This document shows, one piece after another, positions 37,801 through 53,500 of a DNA stretch of 64,000 nucleotides; the stretch's first letter is position 1; the number at the start of each line of letters is the position of its first letter. Origin of the DNA: Amphiscolops sp. MND2022 (taxonomy: Eukaryota). The DNA lies in NCBI GenBank assembly GCA_964187785.1, contig OZ076409.1, positions 73,162,001 through 73,226,000 of the forward strand, given 5' to 3'. Made by a program: the position numbers and the translations under genes. The notes under the pieces were generated by a model, which had not been told where the DNA came from, searched no databases, and was given only the letters and a program-made list of their open reading frames with translations.

Positions 37801-39774
37801 GTAATTCCCCTTCAAAAAATTCGGCCGGCGGGTTGGGTCCTGCCGGACGTCAAATAGTGTGAAACATCCAGTAGGAAACGGCGCCATAAATCAGCGATTT
37901 TAAAATTTAACCGTTAGAATTCGGACTTGGAGTGCATGCGGCCCCAAAATGCCCATACGAATCGAAGTTCCTGCTGACGTTAAGCGATAAAAACATTTTA
38001 TAAAAAGTTATGGCCCATTTTACGTTCACCTATTAGGGTAAAATGAGGAAAATTTTTACAAAGTCGCTGATAACTCAAAATACAATAATTTTTGGACTTT
38101 GACTGTGAAACAAGCTTAGAACCTTCATTTCGTGGCTGTGGCATTGCACTGAACACAAAAGATGTAAAGTTTTTACATTTTTTGAAAATTCGACATTTTT
38201 GATTTTTTTTTCACTACTATCAGTACACTATATGTCAAAAACACCTCTGAAAAAAATTATTATTTGCTTAAAATTGGAAACCTTGGTATCCATGGTTTCT
38301 GTCGGAACCTACTCGCTGCCAAACACCCAACAGTTTGCATCCAATGTGAATTTAAAATTTTTTTCGAGGTCATAAGGGTTTCACAAGGTTTTCATAACTT
38401 AGTATTAAACTACAAACTGGTCATTTTCAACATAATATCTTTGTCGAGGCATGTCGGATATAGTCCTATTGCTCACGAACGTTCGTACTGGCAACGTAAT
38501 AACTATTTATAGAAATGTAAAGTTATAAAAAAATTTTTTCACCCGGTCTTCAGTCATTTTTCAGTCATTCGGAACTTAACTTAGAAAAATTTCGACCAAA
38601 ATACCCATTTTTGTCAGGTCGAAAAATCAAATTCAGATTTTTAAGCAAAATTATTAACTCTGACGTAACCCATGGGGCCCATGATACTCAAAACAACGAT
38701 TGACACTGGTATCAATGGCTCCAATAACATATGAGTCGCGATAAGACGTTATTTTGAGCATTACGTCTCAATTGAGGTAAAGATCTCGCAAGCCAGCGAT
38801 CACTGTGAAATGTGATTTCATCAAAAATTTACTCTTTTTTGTCAATCACGATGTGCACAGAATGCGTAGGGTGCGTTTCAGCACTATAATGAGGTTTTTG
38901 AAGGCATCGAGTTGCTCAAGGGGTGGTATGAGACATTTTTGTCCCATATACTACTGTATTTTCCAAAATTTTTAGCCCAATATCTGGAAATACAAACTTG
39001 ACAAAATACTTTCAACTACTTTATTCAGAGGTTACAATATAGATGAACACTGTGGTTGATCAGAAACTTTCATCTCTTTCGTTTTCCGAAATATTTCCCT
39101 TCGCATGTGTTACATTCGTAGCAGAAAAAAAAATCGAAACTGAAAAATACGCAATTTTGCTAATATAGAATCGCACTGATTGTGCCTAAAAACTCTTTAA
39201 ACACTTCTAACGCAACCTTAGGCACCCAAAATGATCGAAAATGTTATTCACAATGGTGACATGTGCTCTTTCTACGATCCTGGCTGGACAAGGTTTGCAT
39301 ATTTTTCAAGTACCTGTCAGCTAAATCTTGTGATAGCCTTTTCAGTTGGCCTTGTGTCAACTTGGGAAGGCTATCACATCAAAAAACCATCAACAAAAAT
39401 ATTTTTTGTTCATTGGATCTTACAGTCGATACTTTTTTTCGTGATTCTATACTACCGTTAGTATATTTCATCAGGTCACCTTACGATTGCATTCAGTCTT
39501 TGATAAAAACCTATGAACTCAAAGTCACATTTATATATTTTTTTGCCAAAAAAACATCAAAAAGATCTAAAATATATAAAATAGAGTCTTTAACATTTTT
39601 ACATTTCAAGTTTTTGCCGTTATTAGGCCAATCAACGTCCTAGAGCCACATCCTGCCACATACTGTACAACGCCACATAGTGTTGCGACGTGCACAGTCT
39701 GTGGGCATGCCGAGGCATGCCCTTCGACGACGTATGCCGAATACCGCGGGCCTACGCCCGCGCTCCCCGGCTAG

Positions 39775-42700
39775 GTGGGCGGGGGTAATTCCCCAACTAA
39801 AAAATCGGCCGGCGGGTAGGGTCCTGCCGGCCGTCCAAAATCAAAAATATACTAGTAGAAAACGGCCGGTCAAACGAGCTATTTTTTTATTTAACCGTTA
39901 GAATTTGGGTTTAGATTGCATGCGGCCATGAAATGGCCATACGAATCGAAGTTCCTGCTGACGTTTTGCGATTGAAACACTTTATAAAAAGTTATGGCCA
40001 ATTTGTCAGTCACCTAGAAGGGCAAAATGAGGAAAATTTTAACAAAGTCGCTGATAACTCAAAATGTGTTATTTTTTGGACTTTGACTGTGAAACAAGCT
40101 TGGAACCTTCATTTCGTGGCTGTGGCATTGCACTGAACGCAAAAGATGTAAAGTTTTAACATTTTTTGAAAAATTGACATTTTTGAAATTTTTTTCACTA
40201 CTATCAGTACCATATATGTCAAAAACACCTCAGAAAAAAAATTTTATTTGCTTTAACTTGGAAACCTTGGTATCCATGGTTTCTGTCGGAACCTACTCGC
40301 AACCAAACAACCAACAGTTTGCATCCAATGTGAAAATAAAAATTTTTTTTGGGTCATAAGCGTTTCACAAGGATTTCTCAACTTAGTATTAATTTACAAA
40401 ATGGTCATTTTGAACACAATATTTTCATCGAGGCTTGTCGGCTATAGCCTTAATGTTCTAGAACGGTCCCACTGGCAACGTAGGAACCATTTATAGTAAT
40501 AGAAAGTTTAAAAAATATATTTTCACCCTGTCTTCAGTCATTTTTCAGTCATTCGGAACTTAACTTAGAAAAATTTCGACCAAAATACCCATTTTTTGAC
40601 AGATCGAAAATTCAAATTCAACTTTTTAAGCAAAATTACTAACTCTGACGTAACCAGTGGGGCTCATGATACTCAAAAACACGATTGGGACTGGTACCAA
40701 TGGCTCCAATATCATATGAGCCGCGATAAGACGTTATTTTGAGCAATACGTCTCAATTGAGGGAAACATCTCGCAAGCCTGGGATCACAGTTAAAAGTGA
40801 TTTCGTCAAAAATTTACTCTTTTTCGTCAATCACTATGTACACAGAGTGCGTAGGGTGAGTTTCAGCACTATAATGCGGTTTTTGAAGGAATCGGTCTGC
40901 TCAAGGGGTGGTATGAGACATTTTTTTTGCATGTAGTACTATATTTCTCAAAACTTTTAGCCCATTATCTCGAAAAGCTCACTTCGCAAATTACTTTCAG
41001 TTACTCTATTCGAAGCTTAGAATATATATGAACACTGTGGTTGATCAGAAACTCTTGACTATTTTGTTTTTGGAAAAAAACTGCCTTGCATGTGTTACAT
41101 TAGTGGCAGGAAAAATACCAGTAGCTCCAAAAATCACAATTTTGGACGGACAGACCTGCAATGATGCAAAGCAAAAACGTTTCAACAACTTCTGGCGCCA
41201 CTTTTTTTACCCAAGAGGTTCGAAATTACTATTAACAATGCTGACATTCGCTATAAATAAGATCGAGGTCAATTTACTAACACTTAGGTTATACATTTAT
41301 ATCTGAGAAACCATTCTTTGTCAGGTCGCAATTTTAAATTTAGTTTGGGAAGCAATACTTTTAACTCTGAAGCAAACCGTTGGGCCCAAATTACTCAAAA
41401 ACTACAAAAAGACTGTCACCATATGCCCTAATAGCATATGAGATTCGACCGTATGTTTTTAACACAAAAACTCTCATCCGAAGTAAACATGTTGAAAGCC
41501 TTGAATCACCGTGAGAAATGATTTCATCAAAAAATATTCCTTTTTCGTCAATCTTTATCTACACAGAACACGTTGTGTCATTTTCAGCCGTGAAATGAGC
41601 TTCTACCGTAATATGGGTTGCTCAAGGTGTTGTATAAGACAAAAACTTCCTCTTTTCTACTATCTTCTTCAAATATTTCAACCCTTTGTCACAAGAAGTT
41701 AATATTCAAAATCTCTTTGAAATGTTTCTTTAGGTTGGGGTGAAGTGTTAGAACAATAGTTATGATCGAAGAATGATAGTATTGGTGTTTGGACCATGTC
41801 CGGATGAACAAATTGCAAAATCATGAAAAATTTCTTACCATTTTTGGTCATTTTGTCAGTACTAAAAATGTTAGCTGAAAAAGAATTTTTTTGATGGCAC
41901 CATTGGATTCCTCTCAAAAAATTAGCTATATGAACTGTGTAATAACCCCGTATCTTTTCAATTTAAATAATTTTAAAAAGCAAACTTTTTTGACTAAAAT
42001 CCTAAAAATCATACCATTTCCTAAAAAATTTCAAATGCCCCCCATTTGACGTATAAGAATAGCACAGAAAACTATCACTTGACGATCGACTCAACTTCTA
42101 TTGTAGATTACCAGAATTTTGTTTAGAACAATTTTTGACGGATGCAAAAAAAATTTAAACCCTCCAAAAAAGGGCCAAAATTACACGAAAAAATTGACCT
42201 TAAAATTTTAAAATGTCGAAAAATCATCAAAACCACAGCTTCTTGGGGTTCTATCAACTCCACGTGGTCCACAGAGTATGTTAAAACAAGTTTTACCCGT
42301 ATTTGAGCAATATGTGAAAAAGCCGACTTTTTTGGGAATGAAAAACATACCATTTCCTAAAAAATTTCAAACGCACCCCATTTGACGTATAAGAATAGCA
42401 CAGAAAACTATCACATACCGATCGACTCTACTTCCATTGTAGGTTACCAGAATCTTGTTTAGAACAAATGTTGACGGATGCAAAAAAAAATTAAACCCTC
42501 CAAAAATGGGCCAAAATTACACGAAAAAATTGACCTTAAATTTTTAAAATGTCAAAAAATCATCAAAACCACAGCTTCTTGGGGTTCTATCAACTCCACG
42601 TGGTCCACAGAGTATGCTAAAACAGGTTTTACCTGTTTCTGAGCTATATGTGAAAAAACCGACATTTTGGGGAAGAAAAACATACCATTTCCTAAAAAAT

Positions 42701-44537
42701 TTCAAATGCACGCCATTTGCCGTATGAGAATAGCACAGAAAACTATCACATACCGATCAACTCTACTTCTATTGTAGATTATCAGATTTTTGTTTAGAAC
42801 AAATTTTTATGGATATAAAAAATTTTTAAATCCTCCAAAAATGAGCCAAAATAACACGAAAAAATGGACCCTAAATTTTTAAAATGTCAAAAAATTATCC
42901 AAACCACAGCTTCTTGGGGTTCTATCAGCTCCACGTGGTCCACAGAGTATGCTAAAACAGGTTTTGCCCGTTTTTGAGCAGTATATGAAAAAGCCGACAT
43001 TTTTGGGGAAGAAAAACAAACCATTTCCTAAATAATTTCAAATGCAGGCAATTTGCCGTATGAGAGTAGCACAGAAAACTATCACACACCGATCAACTCT
43101 ACTTCTTTTGTAGATTATCAGAATTATGTTTAGAGTAAAGTTTTATGGATATGAAAAATTTTTATACCCTCCAAAAATGGGCCAAAATGACACGAAAAAA
43201 TTGACCTCAAATTTTTAAAATGTCAAAAAATTATCCAAACCACAGCGTCTTGGCGTTCTATCAACTCCAAATGACCTTCAGAGTATACCAAACCAGGTAT
43301 TGCCAATCTTTTGAGCAATATTTAAAAACACCGACTATTTGGCAAGAACACCATAATATGTTCCATATAAGAAGTGAATCATTCCACATATATACCCGGT
43401 CTAATATTTCCAAATTAGCGATAACATTTATACTTGATGGTTTTTGAAAGTGAGCTTCATAAGAGGTTGAGATGTAATAATACGTAAATGGACCCTAAGT
43501 TTCATTGAAATCTCAATGGAATACGTCCAATCAACTTCAATCCTAACTATTATATAACAAAAAACACTTGAATACATTCCATCTCCCCATCGGGGGAGAT
43601 GAGAATGTACTTTTCAAAAGCCAAAAACTTCGAATTTTAAATCTTTTGTAACATTGTATGTAACTGTTGAAACGATGAACGAATAAAAATGCTTCTAGTA
43701 CCTTCATCAATTTTTGCTTCAGCTCCTATTTCTGCAGAACAAAACCAAAAGACACACTTACAGCAGTTAAGTTCGATTGTATAACTCAGTGAATAAAGGT
43801 ATGACTGAGGAAGTTCACAAGTTGTTTCAAAAGTTTCCGGCCTTCCAAAATCATGAAACGTCCACACAACCAAGATAGCAAGTGAAAGAATGCTGAATGC
43901 ACCTTATTAGATGAGATAAATAATGTGTGGAACTTGCCATTATCTCAAGATGACGTTGATTTATGATCTTTTAAGGATAGTTCGATATGTGACCACAATA
44001 GTGGAAGACTTATTACTATTTGAAGAACACCGTGGAAAGCGTTCAGAAAGGACAGTATATTTGTTTCGAGCATGCATGCGTGTGTTCCTTTGGTGACGTT
44101 AGCTTAGTGTACATGACGGAGGTATTCGAGAGATTATGATAGAGTTTACTCACAAGTCTTTGTTTTTTTAAACTTTCTATGCCGTTGAGTACATTCGTAA
44201 GGTACATCCATCCCCTTCTCTGGGAATGTACGTTTGCCAAATGACTGTCATCCAAAATTCGTAATCCGGACGAGTTTAACTACATAAACATGTGATGAGC
44301 GTTTTCAATTCACAACCGAATAACATTTTTTTTCTCGAAAATGATGATGGTTTTGATTTTGATGTCTTCTACTTTTATCATCATGCAAACGACCTTACCA
44401 TGTCTCTCTTCTGTCGTCATTTGTACAACGCCACATAGCGTTCCGACGCCCACCGTCTGTGGGCATGCCGAGGCATGCCCTTCGACGACGTATGCCAAAT
44501 GAGCCATACCCGCACTCTGGAGTGGGGTAGCGGCTAG
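39775..44537 (+). mobile_element. Type K long composite unit (4763 bp)
   Basis: J-like first ~1.3 kb, a diverged partial duplication, a 336-bp internal tandem array, then an F-like tail with a TACATT...AATGTA hairpin ~43571, palindrome and CTAG. Confidence 0.75.
42010..43340 (+). repeat. Internal tandem repeat, ~336-bp monomer, ~4 copies
   Basis: CATACCATTTCCTAAA-like anchor recurs at 42010, 42346, 42681, 43017. Confidence 0.9.
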
Positions 44538-47500
44538 GTGGGCGGGGGTAATTCCCCTTCAAAAAATTCGGCCGGCGGGTTGGGTCCTGCCGGACGTCAA
44601 ATAGTGTGAAACATCCAGTAGGAAACGGCGACATAAATCAGCGATTTTAAAATTTAACCGTTAGAATTCGGACTTGGAGTGCATGCGGCCCCAAAATGCC
44701 CATACGAATCGAAGTTCCTGCTGACGTTAAGCGATAAAAACATTTTATAAAAAGTTATGGCCCATTTTACGTTCACCTATAAGGGTAAAATGAGTAAAAT
44801 TTTTACAAAGTCGCTGATAACTCAAAATACATTAATTTTTGGACTTTGACTGTGAAACAAGCTTAGAACCTTCATTTCGTGGCTGTGGCATTGCACTGAA
44901 CACAAAAGATGTAAAGTTTTTACATTTTTTGAAAATTCGACATTTTTGATTTTTTTTTCACTACTATCAGTACACTATATGTCAAAAACACCTCTGAAAA
45001 AAATTTTTATTTGCTTAAAATTGGAAACCTTGGTATCCATGGTTTCTGTCGGAACCTACTAGCTGCCAAACACCCAACAGTTTGCATCCAATGTGAAATT
45101 AAAATTTTTTTCGAGGTCTTAGGTGTTTCACAAGGATTTCTCAACTTAGTTTCAATTTACAAATTGGTCATATTGAACACAATATTTTCATCGAGGCTTG
45201 TCGGCTATAACCTTAATGTTCTAGAACGGTCCCACTGGCAACGTAGGAACCATTTATAGTAATAGAAAGTTTTAAAAAAATTTTTTCATCCGGTCTTCGG
45301 TCATTTTTCAGTCATTCGGTACTTAACTTAGAAAAATTTCGATCAAAATACCCAATTTTGTCAGGTCGAAAATTCAAATTCAGATTTTTAAGCAAAATTA
45401 TTAACTCTGACGTAACCCATGGGGCCCATGATACTCAAAACAACGATTGACACTGGTATCAATGGCTCCAATAACATATGACTCGCGATAAGACGTTATT
45501 TTGAGCAATACGTCTCAATTGAGGTAAAGATCTCGCAAACCAGCGATCACTGTGAAATGTGATTTCATCAAAAATTTACCCATTTTTGTCAATCACTATG
45601 TGCACAGAATGCGTAGGGTGCGTTTCAGCAATATAATGAGGTTTTTGAAGGCATCGAGTTGCTCAAGGGGTGGTATGAGACATTTTCGTCCCATGTACTA
45701 CTGTATATTGCAAATTTTTTAGCCCATTATCTGAAAAACTAACTTGACAAAATACTTTCAACTACTTTATTCAAAGGTTACAATGTAGATGAACCCAGTG
45801 GTTGATCAGAAACTTTCATCTCTTTCGTTTTCCGAAATAATTCCCTTCGAATGTGTTACATTTGTAGCAGGAAAAAAACCGAAACTAAAAAATACGCGAT
45901 TTTGCTGAGATAGAATCGCAACGGTTGCGCCTAAAATCTCTTTAAATACTTCTAACGCAACTTTACGGACCCAAATTGATTGAAAATGCCATTCACAATG
46001 CTGACATGTGCTCTTTCTACGATCCTGGCTGGACAAGTTTTGCATTTTTTTCAAGTACCTGTTAACTGAACATTGTGATAGCCTTTCAAGTTGGCCTTGT
46101 GTCAACTTGGGAAGGCTGTCACATCAAAAAACTGTCAACAAAAATACCACTCGTTTATAGGAAATTGCTGTCGATGCCTAATTTTGTGATTCGATCATGT
46201 CGTGAGTTCCTTCCATCAGGTCAGCTAACAATTGGATTCAGTGTTTGATAAGAACCTATGATTTTTTTTGACAATTTTCGTTTTTTCTTGCAAAGAAAAA
46301 GTACAAATAAACAATATAAAACAAAATTGTAACCTTTAGGAAGTTTAACTTTACCTTTTTTTAACCGTTACCATCACTTTCGACCCTGTACGACCTCGCA
46401 ATGTCCTTATTACAACGCCACATAGTGTAGCGACGCCCACAGTCTGTGGGCATGCCGAGGCATGCCCTTCGACGACGTATGCCGAATGCACTGCGGCTAC
46501 GCCCGCAGTCACCGGCTAGGTGGGCGGGGGTAATTCCCCTTCAAAAAATTCGGCCGGCGGGTTGGGTCCTGCCGGACGTCAAATAGTGTGAAACATCCAG
46601 TAGGAAACGGCGACATAAATCAGCGATTTTAAAATTTAACCGTTAGAATTCGGACTTGGAGTGCATGCGGCCCCAAAATGCCCATACGAATCGAAGTTCC
46701 TGCTGACGTTAAGCGATAAAAACATTTTATAAAAAGTTATGGCCCATTTTACGTTCACCTATAAGGGTAAAATGAGAAAAATTTTTACAAAGTCGCTGAT
46801 AACTCAAAATACATTAATTTTTGGACTTTGACTCTGAAACAAGCTTAGAACCTTCATTTCGTGGCTGTAGCATTGCACTGAACACAAAAGATGTAAAGTT
46901 TTTACATTTTTTGAAAATTTGACATTTTTGATTTTTTTTTCACTACTATCAGTACACTATATGTCAAAAACACCTCTGAAAAAAAATATTATTTGCTTAA
47001 AATTGGAAACCTTGGTATCCATGGTTTCTGTCGGAACCTACTCGCTGCCAAACACCCAACAGTTTGCATCCAATGTGAATTTAATTTTTTTTTCGAGGTC
47101 ATAAGGGTTTCACAAGGTTTTCATAACTTAGTATTAAACTACAAACTGGTCATTTTCAACATAATATCTTTGTCGAGGCATGTCGGATATAGTCCTATTG
47201 CTCACGAACGGTCCTACTGGCAACGTAATAACCATTTATAGAAATGTAAAGTTTTAAAAAAAATTTTTCACCCGGTCTTCAGTCATTTTTCAGTCATTCG
47301 GAACTTAACTTAGAAAAATGTCGACCAAAATATCCATTTTTTGTCAGGTCGAAAAATCAAATTCAGATTTTTAAGCAAAATTATTAACTCTGACGTAACC
47401 CATGGGGCCCATGATACTCAAAACAACGATTGACACTGGTATCAATGGCTCCAATAACATATGAGTCGCGATAAGACGTTATTTTGAGCATTACGTCTCA

Positions 47501-50500
47501 ATTGAGGTAAAGATCTCGCAAGCCAGCGATCACTGTGAAATGTGATTTCATCAAAAATTTACTCTTTTTGTCAATCACTATGTGCACAGAATGCGTAGGG
47601 TGCGTTTCAGCACTATAATGAGGTTTTTGAAGGCATCGAGTTGCTCAAGGGGTGGTATGAGACATTTTTGTCCCATATACTACTGTATTTTCCAAAATTT
47701 TTAGCCCAATATCTGGAAATACAAACTTGACAAAATACTTTCAACTACTTTATTCAAAGGTTACAATATAGATGAACACTGTGGTTGATCAGAAACTTTC
47801 ATCTCTTTCGTTTTCCGAAATATTTCCCTTCGCATGTGTTACATTCGTAGCAGAAAAAAAAATCGAAACTGAAAAATACGCAATTTTGCTAAGATAGAAT
47901 CGCAATGATTGTGCCTAAAAACTCTTTAAACACTTCTAACGCAACCTTACGCACCCAAAATGATCGAAAATGCTATTCACAATGGTGACATGTGCTCTTT
48001 CTACGATCCTGGCTGGACAAGGTTTGCATATTTTTCAAGTACCTGTCAGCTAAATCTTGTGATAGCCTTTTCAGTTGGCCTTGTGTCAACTTGGGAAGGC
48101 TATCACATCAAAAAACCATCAACAAAAATAATTTTTGTTTATTGGATCTTACAGTCGATACTTTTTTTCGTGATTCTATACTACCGTTAGTATATTTCAT
48201 CAGGTCACCTTACGATTGCATTCAGTCTTTGATAAAAACCTATGAACTCAAAGTCACATTTATATATTTTTTTGCCAAAAAAAACATCAAAAATATCTAA
48301 AATATATAAAATAGAGTCTTTAACTTTTTTACGTTTCAAGTTTCTGCCGTTATTAAGCCAATCAACTTCCTACAGCCACGCTCTCTGTCATACTGTACAA
48401 CGCCACATAGTGTTGCGACGTGCACAGTCTGTGGGCATGCCGAGGCATGCCCTTCGACGACGTATGCCGAATACCGCGGGCCTACGCCCGCGCTCCCCGG
48501 CTAGGTGGGCGGGGGTAATTCCCCAACTAAAAAATCGGCCGGCGGGTTGGGTCCTGCCGGACGTCAAATAGTGTGAAACATCCAGTAGGAAACGGCGACA
48601 TAAATCAGCGATTTTAAAATTTAACCGTTAGAATTCGGACTTGGAGTGCATGCGGCCCCAAAATGCCCATACGAATCGAAGTTCCTGCTGACGTTAAGCG
48701 ATAAAAACATTTTATAAAAAGTTATGGCCCATTTTACGTTCACCTATAAGGGTAAAATGAGGAAAATTTTTACAAAGTCGCTGATAACTCAAAATACATT
48801 AATTTTTGGACTTTGACTGTGAAACAAGCTTAGAACCTTCATTTCGTGGCTGTGGCATTGCACTGAACACAAAAGATGTAAAGTTTTTACATTTTTTGGA
48901 AATTCGACATTTTTGATTTTTTTTTCACTACTATCAGTACACTATATGTCAAAAACACCTCTGAAAAAAATTATTATTTGCTTAAAATTGGAAACCTTGG
49001 TATCCATGGTTTCTGTCGGAACCTACTCGCTGCTAAACACCCAACAGTTTGCATCCAATGTGAAATTAAAATTTTTTTCGAGGTCTTAGGTGTTTCACAA
49101 GGATTTCTCAACTTAGTTTCAATTTACAAATTGGTCATATTGAACACAATATTTTCATCGAAGCTTGTCAGATACCGCCCTAATGCTCACTATTGGGCCT
49201 ACTCGCAACGTTGGAACCGTTTATAGTAATAGAAAGTTTAAAAAAATATTTTCACCCGGTCTTCAGTCATTTTTCAGTCATTCGGAACTTAACTTAGAAA
49301 AATTTCGACCAAAATACCCATTTTTTGTCAGGTCGAAAAATCAAATTCAGATTTTCAAGCAAAATTATTTACTCTGACGTAACTAGTGGGCCCCATGATA
49401 CTCAAAAACACGATTGGGACCGGTACCAAGGGCTCCAATTTCATATGAGCCGCGATAAGACGTTATTTTGAGCAACACGTCTCAATAGAGGTAAACATCT
49501 CGCAAGCCTGGGGTCACAGTGAAAAGTAATTTCATCAAGAATTTACTCATTTTTGTCAATCACTATGTGCACAGAGTGCGTAGGGTGCGTTTCAGCACTT
49601 TAATGAGGTTTTTGAAGGCATCGGTCTGCTCAAGGGGTGGTATGAGACATTTTTTTCCTGTATACTACTGTATTTTCCAAAACTTTTAGCCAATTATCTG
49701 GAAAAACTAACTTGACAAAATACTTTCAATTACTTTATTCAAAGGTTACAATATAGATGAACTCTGTGGTTGATCAGAAACTCTCAACTATTTTGTTTTC
49801 CGGAAAAAATCACTTCGCATCTGTTACATTTGTAGCATGAAAAAAAGCAGAATCTAAAAAATACGCAATTTTGTTAAGATAGAATCGCGTTTATTGTGCC
49901 TAAAAAGTTAATAAACACGTCTGACGCCACCATACAGACCCAAAATGATTGAACATGTCAATCAGAATGCTGACATGTGTTCTATCTACGATCATGGTTG
50001 GACAATTTTTGCATTATTTTCAAGTACCTGTTAACTGAATCTTGTGATAGCCTTTTAAGTTGGCCTTGTGTCAACTTTGGAAGGCTATCACATCAAAAAA
50101 TTATCAACAAAAATGCTTTTTGTTTATACAATGTTGTTTTCGATAAACATTTTTGCGATTCTAAGCTACCGTTAGTACCTTCCATGAGGTCAGCTAACCA
50201 TAGCATGCAGTCTCTGATAAAAAATTATGAACTCAATTACATTTTTCTAAAATTTTTCTCAGAGAAAAGTACAAATAAATAAAAACAATATAAAATTCTA
50301 ATCTCAAACAACTATAAATTGTTTGTTTTTCACCGTAATCAGTTTACGACCCATCACCCTATGTCACGGCACCGTCATTAGTACAACGCCACATAGTGTT
50401 GCGACGTGCACAGTCTGTGGGCATGCCGAGGCATGCCCTTCGACGACGTATGCCGAATACCGCGGGCCTACGCCCGCGCTCCCCGGCTAGGTGGGCGGGG

Positions 50501-53500
50501 AAATTTCACCCCGTTTGTATTCGGCCGACGGGTAGGGTCCTGGCGGCCGACGATCCGCCTTAAGCTAGCGGTATGTAGCAGAAATTGCAAAAAAAAGACC
50601 TAAAATTTAATCTAACCATTAGAATTTGCTCAAAATTTGCATGCGGCCCTCAAATCCTATTGCAAGACGAAGTTCCTGCTGACGCTAAGCGTTCTATAGA
50701 CTTTATAAAAAGTTATGGCCACATTTTTGATCACCTAGTAAAGTAAAATGAGGAAAATTTTTACAAAGTCGCTGATAACTCAAAATGCAATAATTTTTGG
50801 ACGTTGACTGTGAAACAAGCTCGGAACCTTCATTTCGTGTCTGTTACAATTCACTAAACACAAAAGACGTAAAGTTTTTACATTTTTTGAAAATTCGACC
50901 TTTTTGAAATTTTTTTCAATACTATCAGTACCTCATATGTCAAAAATACGTCTGAAAAAATTTTTTATTTGCTTTAAATTGGAAACCTTGGTATACATGG
51001 TTTTTGATGGAACCTACTCACTGCCAAAGACTCAACAGTTAGCATCCAATGTGAAATAAAAATTTTTTTCGAGGTCATAAGTGTTTCACAAGGTTTTCAT
51101 GACTTAGTATTAAATTACAAACTGGTCATTTTCAACATAAAAATTTGGTCGAGGCTTGTCGGATATAGTCTAAATGCTCACGAATGGTCCTACTGGCAAC
51201 GTAGGAACCATTTATAGTAATAAAAAGTTTTAAAAAAATTTTTTCAACCGGTCTTCAGTCGTTTTTCAGACATTCGGAACTTAACTTAGAAAATTTTCGT
51301 GTCGAATACCCATTTTTGGTAAAGTCGAAATTTGAAATTCAGCTCTTGAAGCAAAATTATTTACTCTGACGTAACCAGTGGGGCTAATGATACTGAACAA
51401 CACCGTTGGGACTGATACCAGAGGCTCCAATAACATATGAGTCGGGATAAGACGTTATTCGGAGCAAAACCTAAAAATCGAAGTAAACACCTCGAAAGCC
51501 TGGGATCACAAGGAAAAGTGATTTCATCAAATGTTCACTCTTTTTTGTCAATCACTATGTACACAGAGTGTGTAGTGTGAGTTTCAGCACTAAAATGTGG
51601 TTTTTGAAGAAATCGGGCTGCACAAGGGGTGATAAGAGACACATTTCTGTCATATACGACTAAGTTTCCAAACATTTTTAGCCAATTATCTCAGAACTCT
51701 AACATCGTAAAACACTTTAATGTACTTTTTTCAAAGGTTTGAGAATAGATGAACACTGTGGTTGATCAGAAACACTCAGCTCTTTGGTTTTCTAGAATAA
51801 TTCCCTTCGCATGTGTTACATTTGTAGCATGAAAAAAAAAAACAGAAGCTTGAAATTATGGATTTTTTCTACGATAGATTTGCAATTATTGTACCTAAAA
51901 ACTATTTTAACACTTCTCGCACCTTTTTACGGATCTAATATCATTGAAAATGTTATTCACAATGCTGACATGTGTTCTTTCTATGATCCGTACTGAGCAA
52001 TACTTGCATATTTTATATGTACCTGTTAACTGAATCTTGTGATAGCCTTCTGAGTTGGCCTTGTGCCAACTTGGGAAGGCTATCACATCAAAAAATTTTC
52101 TTCAAAAATACTTTTTGTTTATTGGATATTACAGTCGATACCCTTTTTCGTGATTGTATACTACCGTTAGTATCTTCCATCAGGTCACCTGACGATAGCA
52201 TGCAGTGTTTGAAAAATACCTATGAACTCGAAAACATTTGTTTTATTATTTGTTATATAATTTATTTTTGAAATAATAAATATCAACTTCTAACCTTTAT
52301 ATACTATCACATTTGTTGTCTCTTCCGTTATCAGTCTTCCGTCACCCATGATCAGCCTATGTCATGACCCCGTGATTTGTACAACAACGCCATATACCAA
52401 CACATCAACGCCCACCGTCTGTGGGCATGCCGAGGCATGCCCTTCGACGACGTTTGCCAAATAAGCCTTACCCGCACTCTGGAGTGCGGTAGCAGCTAGG
52501 TGGGCGGGGGTAATTCCCCAACAAAAATTACGGCCGGCGGGTTGGGTCCTGCCGGACGTTCAAATAGCGCGAAGCATCTAGTAGAAAACAAGGAGTCCTG
52601 AAACAGCGATTTTAAAATTGAACCGTTAGAATTTGGTTTTAGATTGCATGCGGCCCTAAAATCCCCATACGAATGGAAGTTCCTGCTGGCGTTAAGCGAT
52701 TGAAATAATATATAAAAAGTTATGGCCCATTTTTGGGTCACCGAGAAGGTCAAAATGAAGAAAATTTTTACAAAGTCGCTGATAACTCAAAACACATTAT
52801 TTTTTGGACTTTGACTGTGAAACAAGCTTGGAACCTTCATTTCGTGGCTGTGGCATTGCACTGAACACAAAAGATGTAAAGTTTTCACATTTTTTGAAAA
52901 TTCGACATTTTTGAATTTTTTTTCACTACTATCAGTACCCCATATGTCAAAAACACCTCAGAAAAAAAATTTTATTTGCTTTAAATTGGAAACCTTGGTA
53001 TCCATGGTTTCTGTCGGACCCTACTCGCAGCCAAACACTCAACAGTTTCCATCCAATGTGAAAATAAAATTTTTTTCGAGGTCATAGGTGTATCACAAGG
53101 ATTTCACAACTTAGTATTAATTTACAAAATGGTCATTTTCAACATCATATTTTCATCGAGGCATGTCGGATATAGTCCTAATGCTCACGACCGGTCCTAC
53201 TGGCAACGTAATACCCATTTATAGAAATATAAAGTTTTAAAAAAATATTTTCACCCGATCTTCAGTCATTTTTCAGTCATTCGGAACTTAACTTAGAAAA
53301 ATTTCGACCAAAATATCCATTTTTTGTCAGGTCGAAAAATCAAATTCAGATTTTTAAGCAAAATTATTAACTCTGACGTAACCCATGGGGCCCATGATAC
53401 TCAAAACAACGATTGACACTGGTATCAATGGCTCCAATAACATATGAGTCGCGATAAGACGTTATTTTGAGCAATACGTCTCAATTGAGGTAAACATCTC

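Larger units (their letters stand above)
29826..39774 (+). mobile_element. Five type J units (~1.98-2.01 kb): 29826-31808, 31809-33814, 33815-35803, 35804-37790, 37791-39774
   Basis: Each starts GTGGGCGGGG or GTGCGCGGGG, carries the TGTGATAGCC...GGCTATCAC hairpin and the palindrome, and ends in a GC hairpin + CTAG. Interiors are collinear. Confidence 0.8.
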